A stretch of 64,000 bases of DNA. Source: Octopus vulgaris. Lineage: Eukaryota. This document shows, in pieces, positions 42,783 through 56,216 of the stretch. Where the stretch lies: assembly GCA_951406725.2 (NCBI GenBank), contig OX597822.1, positions 32,798,001 to 32,862,000 on the forward strand, in the 5' to 3' direction. Position numbers and translations under genes: made by a program. The notes under the pieces were generated by a model that saw nothing but the letters and a program-made list of their open reading frames with translations, was not told where the DNA came from and searched no databases. Every line of letters begins with the position of its first letter. Position 1 is the stretch's first letter.

Positions 42783-42911
42783 GCACACATACACATACAT
42801 GCATACATACATGCATGCATGCATAGATACATACACACATACATACATACATACATACGTACGTACGTACATACATACATACATACATACATACATACAT
42901 ACATACATACA

Positions 42912-42943
<32 letters not shown>

Positions 42944-44060
42944 CACGCATGCATACTTATGAATAAAGGGGAAAAGAAATATCAGAGATGTTTTCGCCCC
43001 AAGCATGTCTTATATATAGTATATGTTTCGTTTCTTTTTCCCTGACTTTAACTAAAGCTATCTCATTGTTCGAAACATTTCAGTATTGTCAGCAGGTATC
43101 TCGAGGTCATAATCGGTCACCCATTAGTCTGTCGGCTAATCACGAAATTGGAGACGCCTATTCATTTTCAGTTACATATCTATGTAATTTCAGCTAAAAT
43201 AAACAAATGTCCAAACAATTTTCCTAGCATCTGAAAAAAAAAAAATTCTGTTAACAATTGTATAATGTGGGCTCACTTAATGATCTACCATGATAGATAT
43301 AGTAATATATAAGTATTTATTAGCTATTCATTTTAACATTTAGAAAATGGCTAATCTATTTAGTGAAAGTAACCATTTAGTATCCATATTCACATTAAAA
43401 TAACAATATAACTTACGTTTATAATTATCGCTATTTTAATGGCTGTTACTTTGTTTTGATATCTTTCGATTCCATGTTGTAGTAAACCTTTATTTTCTTT
43501 TACTGGTTTTCCTCACTAGACTGCAGTCATGCTGAGGCACGGCTTATTTAAACGAATTGGTTCCAGTACTTATTTTTAAGCTTGGTACACATTCTGTTGG
43601 TTTCTTTTTACGAAATCCTGGAAATGAAATTGGTTAGATGGAAACCATATAAAAGCCCATCGGAGTTACGATTCCCAGAGGTACATTCAATTCATCAAAT
43701 AGATTAACACCACCTTGTAATATGTGTATGCATTTGGGCCAGATCTCCGTTTTGGGGATACCTTCTTCATTTTCTCCGATCTGTCATGGAAACCTAGAAA
43801 AAAAATCACGAGCGATGCCTTTGTTCTGACAACACAATATTAATGTAGAAGATTTTTCCCATTTTTCATGTACATGTAACACGGGGGAAATATCATGAAT
43901 TCATAACTCCATTTTTCCCAAACAAAATGTCTTTATGCAAAATAACAGTTTTATCTTGCTTAGAGTCAGCGAAGAAAGATAGTGGTAAGTTTTTGCCGAA
44001 GCAAATTCTTGTTTTGCTATAACAACTGAGACGAGAAAAAAATGCTGCCACGACCTGTCA

Positions 44061-44137
<77 letters not shown>

Positions 44138-44191
44138 GTGTGCGTGTGTGTGTGTGTGTGTATGTATATATATGTATGTATGTATGTAGAT

Positions 44192-44233
<42 letters not shown>

Positions 44234-44234
44234 G

Positions 44235-44571
44235 CGTGAAGGCGCATGGTTCAGTGGTTAGAGAGTTGAGCTTACGATCGTGAGGTTGTGAGTTCGATTC
44301 CTGGATCGGGCTGCGTGTTATGTTCTTGAGCAAGGCACTTCATTTCGCGTTACTCCAGTTAACTCGGCTGTAGAAATGAGTTGCGACATCACTGGTGCCA
44401 AACAGTATCGGCCTTTGCCTTTCCCTTGGATAACATCAGGGGTGTGGAGAGGAGAGGCTGGTATGCGTGGGCGACTGCTGGCCTTCCATAAACAAACTTC
44501 CCCAGATGTGTACTTCGGAGGGTAACTTTCTAGGTGCAATCCCATGGTCATTCATGACCGAAGGGGTTCTC
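44235..44571 (+). mobile_element. SINE family E
   Basis: tRNA head TGGTTCAGTGGTTAGAG..GAGTTCGATTC; inverted copy at 50648-50972. Confidence 0.85.
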
Positions 44572-45096
44572 CCCATATATAGATCCGCATGCGTGCATAT
44601 TCTGAAATGGAGATCTGGAAAGTTATCTTCTAGTCAATCTGAATAATATTTATAAATATAAATTGCATCGTAATATTTAGAGCGTCGTGGTTAATATGGC
44701 AGCAGTAGAAGAGCATCTAGTTAATGTATTCACACAATGTTCAATACATGCAGATGTCAAGCTTTTTTATAATCGAGAAACTCTTTCACCTTAAAGAAGA
44801 TTTATGATTTAAACACTTGTATAATAGAGAGATTAATTTAAGACCATATCCACTCTAGAAAGGAGCATTGGGAGGATTTCCCTTGAAGGATGAGGCTGCA
44901 TAATTTGAATTACAGGTTGAAAAGGATTTCCTTTATATCCTTATGTTCATATAAATCCCAGATAATATTAGAATATTTGATCAGAGACGTAGCTGCTCGG
45001 AGCGGCATGAATACAGGATTTTGATTCGAGATTGGCGTGGTCATGCGTCTTACTGTCCATACATTTTGTAAATGAGGAAAACGAATCATTGAAACT

Positions 45097-45512
45097 ATCT
45101 TTTATCTTCTACTTCTTTCAGTCCTTACACTGCGGCCATGCTGGGGCACCACCATGAAAAATTTCTAGCTGAATGTATCGACCCTAGTACATTTTTTAAA
45201 GCCTGGTTCATATTGTATCGGTCCCTTTTGCAGAACTGCTATGTTACTGGGACATAAACTCACCACCACTAGTCGTCAAGTAATAGTGGACGGGACAAAC
45301 ACAGAGACAAAGACACAGAAACATATAAACGTATGTGAATATATACTATGGACTTCTTTCAGTTTCCGTCTTCCAAATCCACTCACAAGGCTTTGGTCGG
45401 ATCGAGGCTTTAGTAGAGCACACTTGCCCAAGGTGTACCGAGGTAGGACACTGAATCCTGAACCATGTGATTAGGAACCAAGTTTCTTACCACATAGCCA
45501 TGCATGCGCCTA
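45097..45512 (-). mobile_element. SINE family A
   Basis: Reverse complement of family A. Confidence 0.8.
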
Positions 45513-46386
45513 TGGTATAAAAATATGCCGTACAAACATCTGTAATTTAGTTATACCTAATTCAGTAGTATAATTATAGCCAATATAATTAGAAGACATC
45601 AAAGTATAATCACCAACAGTGTTGTTGTAAACATGACTTTTGTTGTGATTCTGCTCGAGTTAATATACGAAGATAATATAGCAATTACATGATACTAGAA
45701 ACACACTCTGAAAGAAAAGAATTATTAGATAAATGATATAGCACGTAATCAAATATTGTTAAATATGCTACGGTTGAGATAATGATTAGATCAGCTTGCA
45801 AATACATTAGAAAAAACGACAAGTCGGTTCGTCTAGGTTTATTTCTTCGAAAATTGTATATTTCTTCGATGGATTCACAGGAGCCTGCAAAGAGAGGATA
45901 ACCTCTCAGTCAAAGAGGCGCTGGTCAGTTTCAGAATTTGGTAGGCTTTGACTACATCATTTTTGTGGGTCCTTCCTATTAAAAATAGGAGCAATGCTAT
46001 TCCTGAAAAGAAGAGATTAATCACGCGACGTTCTACCGCTTGTTTCTATAAGCCCGTAATTTAGAAACGAAGCGACTAATATCTCTAGCCACCATAGTGA
46101 ATGTTTGCAATAACAAGATTCTACGTTTTTTTCTCCTCCCGTAAATATCAAAGAGAAAGAGAAAAACAAATCGTCACAGCAGTGGCTATATTTGATACAG
46201 AAGACGACGAATTCTCATCAGAGCAAGTGGTTTGTTGTGAGTACGTGCCGCTGAAAAGATCTAGGACCAGAATTTATCTGGTCCACAAGTTGACCGCTAC
46301 AGAATAAAAGTGTGTGTGCGTGTGCGTCTGTGTGCATGTGTGTGTGTGTGCGTGTATGTATGTGTGTGAGTGTGTATATGTGTGTG

Positions 46387-46681
46387 TGTGGAGGCGTAAT
46401 GGCCCAGTGGTTAGGGCAGCGGACTCGCGGTCGTAGTATCGCGGTTTTGATTTCCAGACCGGGCATTGTGAGTATTTATTGAGCGAAAAACACCTAAATG
46501 TTCCACGATGCTCCGGCAGGGGTGGCAGTGGCGATCCCTACTGTACTCTTTCACCACAACTTTCTCTCGTTCTTTCTTCTGTTGGCCTGCTCACTTAGCT
46601 GGCGTCATTTGACCAACGATGTGTAGCGCATTGTGACCAGCGATAGCAACATCTGATACCCTGGTCGGTCACACGATCACG

Positions 46682-46682
<1 letters not shown>
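46387..46682 (+). mobile_element. SINE family C head with a fourth tail type
   Basis: Head as at 6196 and 13207; different 3' ~110 bp. Confidence 0.8.
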
Positions 46683-46717
<35 letters not shown>

Positions 46718-47746
46718 AGATATGTATATGCGGTTGTATCCTGGTCTGGCTATATGGCTACACCGACTAAAACTACTGTTGTGATTATTTTGTGTCACTT
46801 TGTGTCACGTAAAGTAGCGGTTCGATGAACGAAGATCGATATATTAAGTATTAAACTTAAGAGAAAGACTCCACTACTGATCGATATAATCGACAAAACT
46901 CTTGACGACGGGGTTCCATCATTGCTACAGATCACTGACTGAATCCAGTGAAAGGGGAAAATAGTATATTAAACCACAAGTTGCAACTGTCAAGTTAGTT
47001 TAACTTGAAATAACCTATCGATTATCTGTAGTGATTCAGAAACTAATTCGTATTCCTTAGTGTTATATTGATTATAATTTGATTCGATTATGTTATTCAA
47101 TTTGTCTGTATAACATATTAGGATAAAAATAGACTATTGTTCACATAACCGATATAAATAGAGATCGCTCTTTTTGTAATTCTATTAGTTTTCAATTGAA
47201 TACATTTTTTTTCTTTATTATTTGAAGAGTCCTCAGTGATTCATCGTATGAGATATTTATAAATGTTTTTGCAGTTAAATACATTTACTAAACCTAACAA
47301 GTATCTATTTATTTTTACAGATATATAGGAAAATATGTATATACTTATGTAGCCTTTATGTAACGATCATAATGTAAGTATATCAATATATGTAACCGAG
47401 TCTCTGATCAACATTTTTTTTTATCATTCCAAATCGACATTAAGATCTTTAGAACTTTATTTTTCATGTATTACTTGTTTTAGTCATTTTATTGAGGCCA
47501 TGCTGGGGCACCGCCTTGAAAGGATTTAGTGGAAGAAATCGAGCTCACGACTAATTCTATAAAAGCCTGGTACTTACTTTATCGGCCTCCTCTTGCCGAA
47601 CCGCTAAGTTCAGAGGATGTAGATATAACAATAACGGTTGTCATTCGGTGGCGAAGGACAAATAGACATTAAGACGCACATACACGCAGACACACACAAC
47701 ACACGCAAACGCAGACCGACACACAGACACACACAGACACACACGC

Positions 47747-47809
<63 letters not shown>

Positions 47810-48039
47810 CATATAAAATATTGAACTTCTAAATCTCTCGTAGAGACATGTACGGTGGTGGGGCGATAGAATGGTTGTATACTGTCAATCTAACAAGAAC
47901 GTGACAGTAGGGGGTACATCACCGCTGTATAGCCCTAGGATGCATCGAACGCCTCCTGATAGCTTTGACACATTTTTTCCCTGTGTCCTTATATACATAT
48001 ACGAAGGGGAGACAAACACCCCCGGCTGTCGGAACTGCA

Positions 48040-48085
48040 CCTAGGGACACCGTGTTTCAGGATCGTTGTCCTTCATCGGCCTAGA
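48040..48085 (-). ncRNA. Minimal type I hammerhead ribozyme (inverted copy)
   Basis: Reverse complement of 48327-48372. Confidence 0.75.
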
Positions 48086-48326
48086 GTAGCAGACACCGGT
48101 CAGCTGGTGATATTTGCCTCGACTTCGTAATTGTATATATCTGTCACGTTCTTGTTAGATTGACAGTATACAACCATTCTATCGCCCAGCACCGTACATG
48201 TCTCTACGAGAGATTTAGAAGTTCAATATTTCTTATTTTGATAATCAGTGATTAAACTTCACCGAATATAGATATATACAATTACGAAGTCGAGGCAAAT
48301 ATCACCAGCTGACCGGTGTCTGCTAC

Positions 48327-48372
48327 TCTAGGCCGATGAAGGACAACGATCCTGAAACACGGTGTCCCTAGA
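48327..48372 (+). ncRNA. Minimal type I hammerhead ribozyme
   Basis: TCTAGG-CCGATGA-AGGA(CAACGA)TCCT-GAAA-CAC(G)GTG-TC/CCTAGA; all three stems pair; cleavage after 48366. Confidence 0.8.
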
Positions 48373-48538
48373 TGCAGTTCCGGCAGCCGGAGGTGTTTGT
48401 CTCCCCTTCGTATATGTATATAAGGACACAGGGAAAAAATGTGTCAAAGCTATCAGGAGGCGTTCGATGCTTCCTAGGGCTATACAGCGGTGGTGTACCC
48501 CCTACTGTCACGTTCTTGTTAGATTGACAGTATACAAC

Positions 48539-48596
<58 letters not shown>

Positions 48597-49280
48597 GTGA
48601 CGGGCTTCTTTCAGGTTCCATTTAACAAATCCACTCGCAAGGCTTTGATCGCTCCGAAGCCATACTAGAAGACACTTGCCCAAGCTGACATGCAGTGTGA
48701 AACGTGGAACCATGTAGTTGGGACGCAAGCTTCTTATGACACCGCGACGCTTATGCCTGTTTTCATTTTTTTATTTTCATCATGTTATAATGAAAATGTT
48801 TTTTATCGATATTTTATCGATATTCTTTCTCAAAACTAAAAGCTCGCTATTTACAGTCAATGTTCAATGCGGCCATCTCCTTCGCTAATTTCTATCTCTT
48901 TCTGTAAACTGTGACTCACGACTGAAACTTCCGTCGACACGACTATATTGTTTTGGCAATTATAATCTTTAAAATATCAAGGAAATATTATTTGCGTATA
49001 GGAAACACAACAAATCAAAGTTCCTTCACACTTCACTGGTATAAAGCTTCCGATCTCCCGTATAGAAGCTTAAACGCCATTTTACTGTTTCTTTATTTCG
49101 ATATTTCTAAGAAGTATTTGATGATGAAAGAAAGATTTTTTCCAATGTCTTGGTTTTATTTTCCGATTTCACTGTTTTATAAATTTAGATCATTGTTTTT
49201 TTAAAGTTTCAGAATGTAATTGTATATATAGAAAAAAGATGGGATATGCGTACGTATATACACAGATGTATAAGCATATG

Positions 49281-49345
<65 letters not shown>

Positions 49346-49350
49346 GTATG

Positions 49351-49400
<50 letters not shown>

Positions 49401-49561
49401 TGAGAAAGTTGGTGTGTGAAAGCACGTGGTTGAATATATAGAAAATAGTAAAAAGTGAAAAAACTACAGAAGGCTTGTTTTAAAAGGTTAAAAAATATAT
49501 ATTTTAGTCATTATGTCTGAAGAATGTTATAAATTTTTTTCCTAAAATGACATAGTTTTTG

Positions 49562-49601
49562 AAGAAATGACCAGTTTCGCGTTCAGCTTTTCAAATTTCT
49601 T
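49562..49601 (-). ncRNA. Minimal type I hammerhead ribozyme, U3-A8 variant
   Basis: AAGAAAT-TTGAAAA-GC(TGAAC)GC-GAAA-CTGG-TC/ATTTCTT; 7-bp stem I. Confidence 0.7.
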
Positions 49602-49752
49602 ACATGGTTATCTTTACGTTGAGAAGTGTGAGAAAGAGTTCCAGATAAGGGGCGGTAATAAGTGATTTCTTCCGGTGTAAGGGAGATAATCGCTTAATAT
49701 GTCTTGCCTTTTTTTTTTTGAGTGAGTTTCTCTGTATAACAATGTTGGAATG

Positions 49753-49917
49753 GTTAAGTTTGGGCTTGTATTTTTCAATGAAGAATGTTTCTTTGTTTAG
49801 TCTAATTTGTGTTGGTGTTCCGATAGCACATTGCTAAAATGGAAAGATTAAAAATTGTGGTAGTAGTTGCTTTGCGCATTTCTCAATGTGCTCACTAAAG
49901 GGTATCATTCTGTATTC
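49753..49917 (-). pseudogene. PLE GIY-YIG domain C-terminal fragment
   Basis: EYRMIPFSEHIEKCAKQLLPQFLIFPF*QCAIGTPTQIRLNKETFFIEKYKPKLN (typical E..FI...KP.LN end). Confidence 0.75.
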
Positions 49918-50038
49918 TTCGAAAACTATGTCATTGTATGAAAAAAAATTATAACATTCTTCAGACATAATGACTCAAAATATATATTTTTTAACCTTTT
50001 GAAACAAGCCTTCTGTATTTTTTATCACTTTTTACTAT

Positions 50039-50143
<105 letters not shown>

Positions 50144-50647
50144 TACACATTATAAATAAATATTAGTTACATATACATGCACATTTGTATGTGTATATGT
50201 ATGCACATGCATATATGAAGGATGGCTGCAATGTTCCTGGCTTTGCATCAAAGCAAATGCTTTGCATCAAAGAAAGCGCCGAAGGATTGGTTGATTATGA
50301 TTTTATACAACATATTCTCACCTCTTAGATTCACACAGTTACTGCAGAGATCCTGCAGTTTCTCTATGATGTGTATAAGAACTTTGAAGTTTGAGTCTCC
50401 AGCCAGGCCTTCCGCGACACCTGTAAAACCAGGAACTTTTCAGGACCCCGCGTATATAAGTGTTCATATATAGCTATAAATATTATATATATATATATAT
50501 ATATAAAATGCAAGTTGACACATATTTATGTAAATTATTCATCATATTTTAAATATAGAACTGTATTTTATATTTATGCGTTTATATGTATTTATACACA
50601 TCTGCATATGTATACACACACATACTAGCACACACACACGTAGATAG

Positions 50648-50970
50648 GAGGAGACCCCCTTCGGTCATGAATGACCATGGGGTTGCACCTAGAAAGTTAC
50701 CCTCCAAGACACAAGTCCGGGCAAATTCGTTTGTGGAATGCCAGAAGTCGCCCATACATACCAGCCTCTCCTTTCCACACCACTGATGTTACCCAAGGGA
50801 ACGGTAAAGGCTGACACAGTTTGGCATCCGTGATGTCGCACCTCATTTCTACAGCTTAGTTACCTGGAGCAACGTGAAGTATCTTGCTCAAGAACACAAC
50901 AAGCAACCTGGTCCGGGTATCGAACTCACAATGGTAAGCTCGACGCTCTAACCACTGAGCCATGCACCTT

Positions 50971-50972
<2 letters not shown>
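50648..50972 (-). mobile_element. SINE family E
   Basis: Reverse complement of 44235-44571. Confidence 0.8.
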
Positions 50973-51044
<72 letters not shown>

Positions 51045-51045
<1 letters not shown>

Positions 51046-51435
51046 CTTTATATATAAAAGTGAAGTTGTGTGTCTGTCTCCTACGATTTAGATTCCTAAC
51101 TACTCCCACATTTTGCGGTGCAGTTTAACCAAAACCGGGTATCTTATAGTCGTGATTCATATCAAGCCCTTCTGGGTATTATCGCGCGTCTACGATGAGT
51201 CTACGATTTTAAAAAAAAATTACCATCATTTTTTCCATTTTAATGCATTTTTCGCTATTATATAAGGGAAGTAACTCTCTAAAAATGTCTACGATGAGTC
51301 AACGATTTAAAAAAATTTATCATAATTTTTTTTCCATTTTTAATGCATGTTTTTGCTATTTTTGGGCTATAACTCTCTAAAAAATGCTTATATAGTTATT
51401 TCTCTTACAAACCCGAGCAGCGCCGGGCGATACTG

Positions 51436-51439
<4 letters not shown>
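51045..51439 (+). mobile_element. Non-autonomous Helitron with ~98-bp internal tandem duplication
   Basis: A|TC start, CCCGAGCAGCGCCGGG hairpin, CTAA|T end; 3' end shared with the 40386 element. Confidence 0.85.
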
Positions 51440-51487
<48 letters not shown>

Positions 51488-52020
51488 CAACTAGGTGATA
51501 CAAAAAGGGACAATAATACCTACCGAAAAAACAGAGTAAACACATGCGCATTCAGTTCCATCTTTATACATCAAGAATTCAAATTGAATGCCTTCAACCA
51601 ACGTGCCAAGCCAGAGTCGTATAGCAGTGAATAAATTTAAACGTATACTATCCGACCGAAGAATTTAAATATTGAACTTTATAAATACAAGCGTAACAAT
51701 TATTAAATAATTTACACCAGTGGTTAACATACGTAATAAATATCAGAAGACACAAATAATTTTATATATAATAGTGTATGAAATATACACGGAGAGAAAA
51801 CCTGAAACATGTTAAATCTGGAACTACTGATCGTGGGATACAACCTATGCCCACTAGCTAAATAACCTACTATATAAGTAATTATTTTAATTAATACTTT
51901 TAATTATATTAAGTCAATAGGATAGTTTATGAAAAACCTGATCACACATTAACGTACTAGGTTAGTTAACTACAAAGTCACGAGTTCAACAACTGAGTAG
52001 GTCAGACTATATAAAACCGG

Positions 52021-52850
52021 TACTCCGTCGGTTACAACGACGGTATTCCAGTTGATCTGATCAACAGAACATCCTGCTCTTGAAATTGGTGTGCACGTGG
52101 CTGAGCATTCCACAGACACACGTACCCTTACCGTAGTTCTCAAGGGGATTCAGCATGACACAGGATGAGACAAAGCTGGCCCTTTGAGTTACAGGTACAA
52201 TTGATTTTTCCCAACTTAATATACTAGAGCAACGTAAAATAAAGTGTCTTGTTCAAGAGTACAAACAGCTGCCGAGAATGAGCTCACACACTGGCGACCT
52301 CGGGGTTGATTTACTCGACTAGAGGCGGTGCTCTAGCATGGCCGCAGTCAAATGACTAAAACATGTAAAATAATAAGAGAGTAACCGATGAGCCATGCAT
52401 ATATCAGACTATATATTTTGTTTTGAGCGTAACGAAGTAGCAGCATTACAAAAACACTAGAATATTCCTTTCAACTATAGGCACAAGATCTTGGAATTTG
52501 CGGTGATAGAGAAAGTCGATATAATCGACTTAAAAAGGATATAATGCAAAGTCGACCTAGGCGCGATTTGATCTCAGAACGTAAAGACAGACAAAATGCC
52601 ACTAAACATTTTCTCGGACATCCAAACGATTCTTATTTCTTTATTACCCACAAGGGGTTAAACATAGAGCGGACACACGGATTAAGTCGATTATGTGGAC
52701 CCAGTACGTAACTGGTACTTATTTAATCGACCCCGAAAAGATGAAAGGCAAAGTCGACCTCGGCGGAATTTGAACTCAGAACGTAATGGCAGACGAAATA
52801 CTGCTAAGCATTTCGCCCGGCGTGTTAACGTTTCTGCCAGCTCGCCGCCA
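52021..52850 (-). mobile_element. Nested SINE fragments (families D, A and B)
   Basis: D tail 52021-52290, A tail 52300-52375 (+), B copies 52465-52850. Confidence 0.75.
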
Positions 52851-53388
52851 CATCCAAATGATTCTACTAATTCGACGCCTTCACAAGACACAATATACTA
52901 AGCGGGAAATTTCTGGTGCGAACGACATTATGAACACAATGATATCCCGCTGAATTGAAGGTAAGTGTATGTTTTCACATGCAGTAGATTTTACCCAAAT
53001 GACCTACACCATAATCCATTCTCTTAGTGTAGGACTATTTTTCCAGAGAGTAAAATTAACTGTTCGCATATGTTCGATAATAGATGGAAATGCATCCATG
53101 TTAAATAGTATTGGTTTAATCTAAACATTAATAAGACTGGGAAAAAATAGATTTCCGATGTTTTGAACTAATTTGGTGACGTCTAACAGATAAACACTCG
53201 ATTCTGTTTTTTATAAGAAATACTGAAACAAAATATATGGTTGCCATAGTTGCAAGATTGTGTGTACTACTTTGTTTACGAATAAAGATTTTCGTAAAGG
53301 TACTAGGAAACATTTCTGTGTAGAAGGCCTCAGCCTCATAAATGCTATGGGTTTTGGGAGAAGGGACGATACGGTTGGCTTCCCGTCT

Positions 53389-53763
53389 CATCTTGTGCTA
53401 GCAGGTCTCACACTCGGGAACGGTAATCTCTCCGACAGAATAACTCTATTCTCATTCAGGAGAGGCAGATCCCTAGTCTAGGACACGACATGCAGTGACA
53501 CGATTTTCGTCTTGAACTATGTAGCATTTTGTGCAAACCTTGGTTTCGCAGCCCATGGTGCGGAGGGGAGAGAAATCCTCAAATACAGGGTTCTGAGCGG
53601 CGGTTATAAGTTTGTGCCGGTCCCCATTGAGGCGTTAGGTGCTCTAACTCCTCGTACTACCGATTTTCTCCACAAAATAGGAATAACGGTAACTCATCAG
53701 AGAAATGAGCTCCGCGAAAAAGAGTGGCGTCTGCAGCGAAAATCGCTGACCATTCGCTGTGGC
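53389..53763 (+). pseudogene. Restriction-like endonuclease C-terminus of a CRE-like non-LTR retrotransposon
   Basis: SDRITLFSFRRGRSLV*DTTCSDT..AAHGAEGREILKY..YKFVPVPIEALGAL..EWRLQRKSLTIRCG, resembling the RPDG..W..G..L.WD / K..KY / F.P.A.ET.G / QR.S..I.RGN pattern. Confidence 0.8.
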
Positions 53764-54505
53764 GAAGGGCATGGGGTGCGGCTGAGCACACCATTCGTTC
53801 TCGGTTATGTGGCTCATTGTACCTTCCCCCTCCACCCCCACTACTTTACCTGTACCACCACCTCCCCCGCAATTGTTTCCCTATACTTTCTTTTCCTTTC
53901 TGCTCTCTTTTCTTTCAAATTTCAATTGATCATTTATTTTCTAACTCCCACTTGAATATTTACAACTTAACTGAGTCTACTATGAAGACTCGCCAAGAAA
54001 TTACTAGTTTCCTATGATTTCGTATTCCAATCTAGTGCCATTCTACACAGGATAAAACTTTACATCACCTAAGATCAATTTTCGTGAATTACGAAAATAC
54101 TTTAAGTCATTGAGTAAGGTTTTTTTTCCAAAATATTGCAACACAGTTCTACTTTACATTTCTAGTTATATTCAGCAGACCGAATGAAAATAAGATTTCT
54201 CCGGCTTTAATCTAAGATATGTATTCATCTTGTTTTGAATCAAAATTTCTTATCTGCAAATTCTTTTTGCAATCCTTCCTCAGAGGAGTGTGCCTTCCAG
54301 CTCAGCCGTTTAATAAGAATTTGTTTTCTCAGTTAACTTTTACGTATAAAATTTCCTCGGGGAATCGGTATATTAATCGTCGAATATAGGAACGGATATT
54401 GTTCCATGCCGGGTTACAGACTTCTAGCTTGTAAACAGTGCACCAGTGCATTTCAATTAGACAGCAAGGAATAGGTTTAGCGATAGAAGTAAAGAACTAA
54501 AATTC

Positions 54506-54543
<38 letters not shown>

Positions 54544-54859
54544 TAGAGAGAGAGAGAGGGAGAGAGAGACATACATATATGTGTATGTATATATAAATAT
54601 ATATATATATATATACATGTTTGTATGCATATTACTTTGCAGCTTTATGTATATATCCTTGTGTTAGTGTGTGTGTGTGTCTGTTTGTGTTTCTTTATGT
54701 TATAAAATCAACGTAAATTATTTAAGGGCCAGGTGTTTCGTGTGTGACACCCCTCTGAACATTTTTATAAGATCTGTAATACTCTCCGTACATATTAAAA
54801 ACTATGAGACGCTTGTCAAAAATCCGTAGAAACAAATGCTTGGCGATTGAAAGCCTATC

Positions 54860-55336
54860 AGGGCAATTAACCCCATGACAGTTACTCCTTTAGAGCAATT
54901 GCCCCTTCCCCCCGCCCCCCGACGCCAACTACCGCCTAGGAAAATTATCCCCGACGACAACTACCTCGTAGGAAGTTACCCTCGAGGACAATTACCACTC
55001 GACGACATCTACCCCCTAGGACAATTATCCCCAACGACAACTAACCCCTAGGACGATTACCCCCGCTCCGAGGACAATTATCCCCCGACGACAACTACCT
55101 CCTAGGAAATTACGCCCGAGGACAATTACCACTCGATGACAACGACAATTACCCCGACGACAACTACCCTCTAGATAAATTGCCCTCACCCGACAACTAA
55201 CCCCTAGGACAATTAACTCTTTTGGTTAATTACCTCATCTCTACTATATTAAGATGTTTAAAACCATCATCCGTTGCCCTCAGGGGTAATTGCCCTTGGT
55301 GGGTGGGTGTTATTGCCCATGGCGGGATAAATGTCC
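54860..55336. mobile_element. Probable foldback MITE with arrayed ~15-30 bp subterminal repeats
   Basis: Many GGACAATTA(C/T)CCC / GACAACTACC units, then the inverted motifs GGGGTAATTGCCC and GGGATAAATGTCC at the right end. Confidence 0.6.
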
Positions 55337-56048
55337 AAAACTCGTTTGAAAGCATTGCATTATCATGTAACAAGCCAGTTGATTTACCATTGCAAATCTC
55401 ATAAGATTTATTCTATGTACATAGATTTACGTAAATTGTGTACTTTTAGAAGAGCTACATTCGGAACTCTAGACCCTTAATTTAATTCTGTTGATTCTAT
55501 AGCTAAATAACGTACACTCACACGCACAACACACACACACATATATATATATATAGATATTTCGATAGATAAATATATAGATAGATACGCACATTTATAT
55601 ACATACGTTTACATACGCAGACACACACACGTATATATATATAGAGAGAGAGACAGGAGTTAAGATGGGAAGAGAGAAAAAGTATGCGAGAGCAAGAGAT
55701 AGACAGATGTTTAGTTTGTGCTTGAGAATGAAGTGAGATAGGAAAGGTGAAAAGCAGAAAAAAAACGGACTAAAGCACCGAGACAGAAAACACATTCGTA
55801 TATATAATTACAAACCCACACTCATACACACACACACACACACACACACACATACCGATATATATATATATATATATACACACATACATATTAATATATA
55901 TGAATATACGCACATACACACACATATATATATATATGTATGAATATATATGCATATATATATATGTATATATATATATATCTGTGTGTGTGTGTGTATA
56001 TATACATATATTTATTTATATATATATATATATTTATATATACATATA

Positions 56049-56216
<168 letters not shown>

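Larger units (their letters stand above)
47816..48546. mobile_element. Retrozyme or mini-PLE: 364-bp unit in partial tandem plus a ~327-bp inverted copy
   Basis: CTGTCACGTTCTTG at 48141 and 48505 (period 364); 47816-48142 is the reverse complement of the unit with few mismatches. Confidence 0.85.
47467..48760 (-). mobile_element. SINE family A interrupted in its central microsatellite by the HHR element
   Basis: Tail at 47467-47680, head at 48596-48760. Confidence 0.7.

Noticed and set aside
54900-55215. CRISPR-like short repeat array
   Set aside because: Eukaryotic context, degenerate repeats, no unique constant-length spacers, no cas genes
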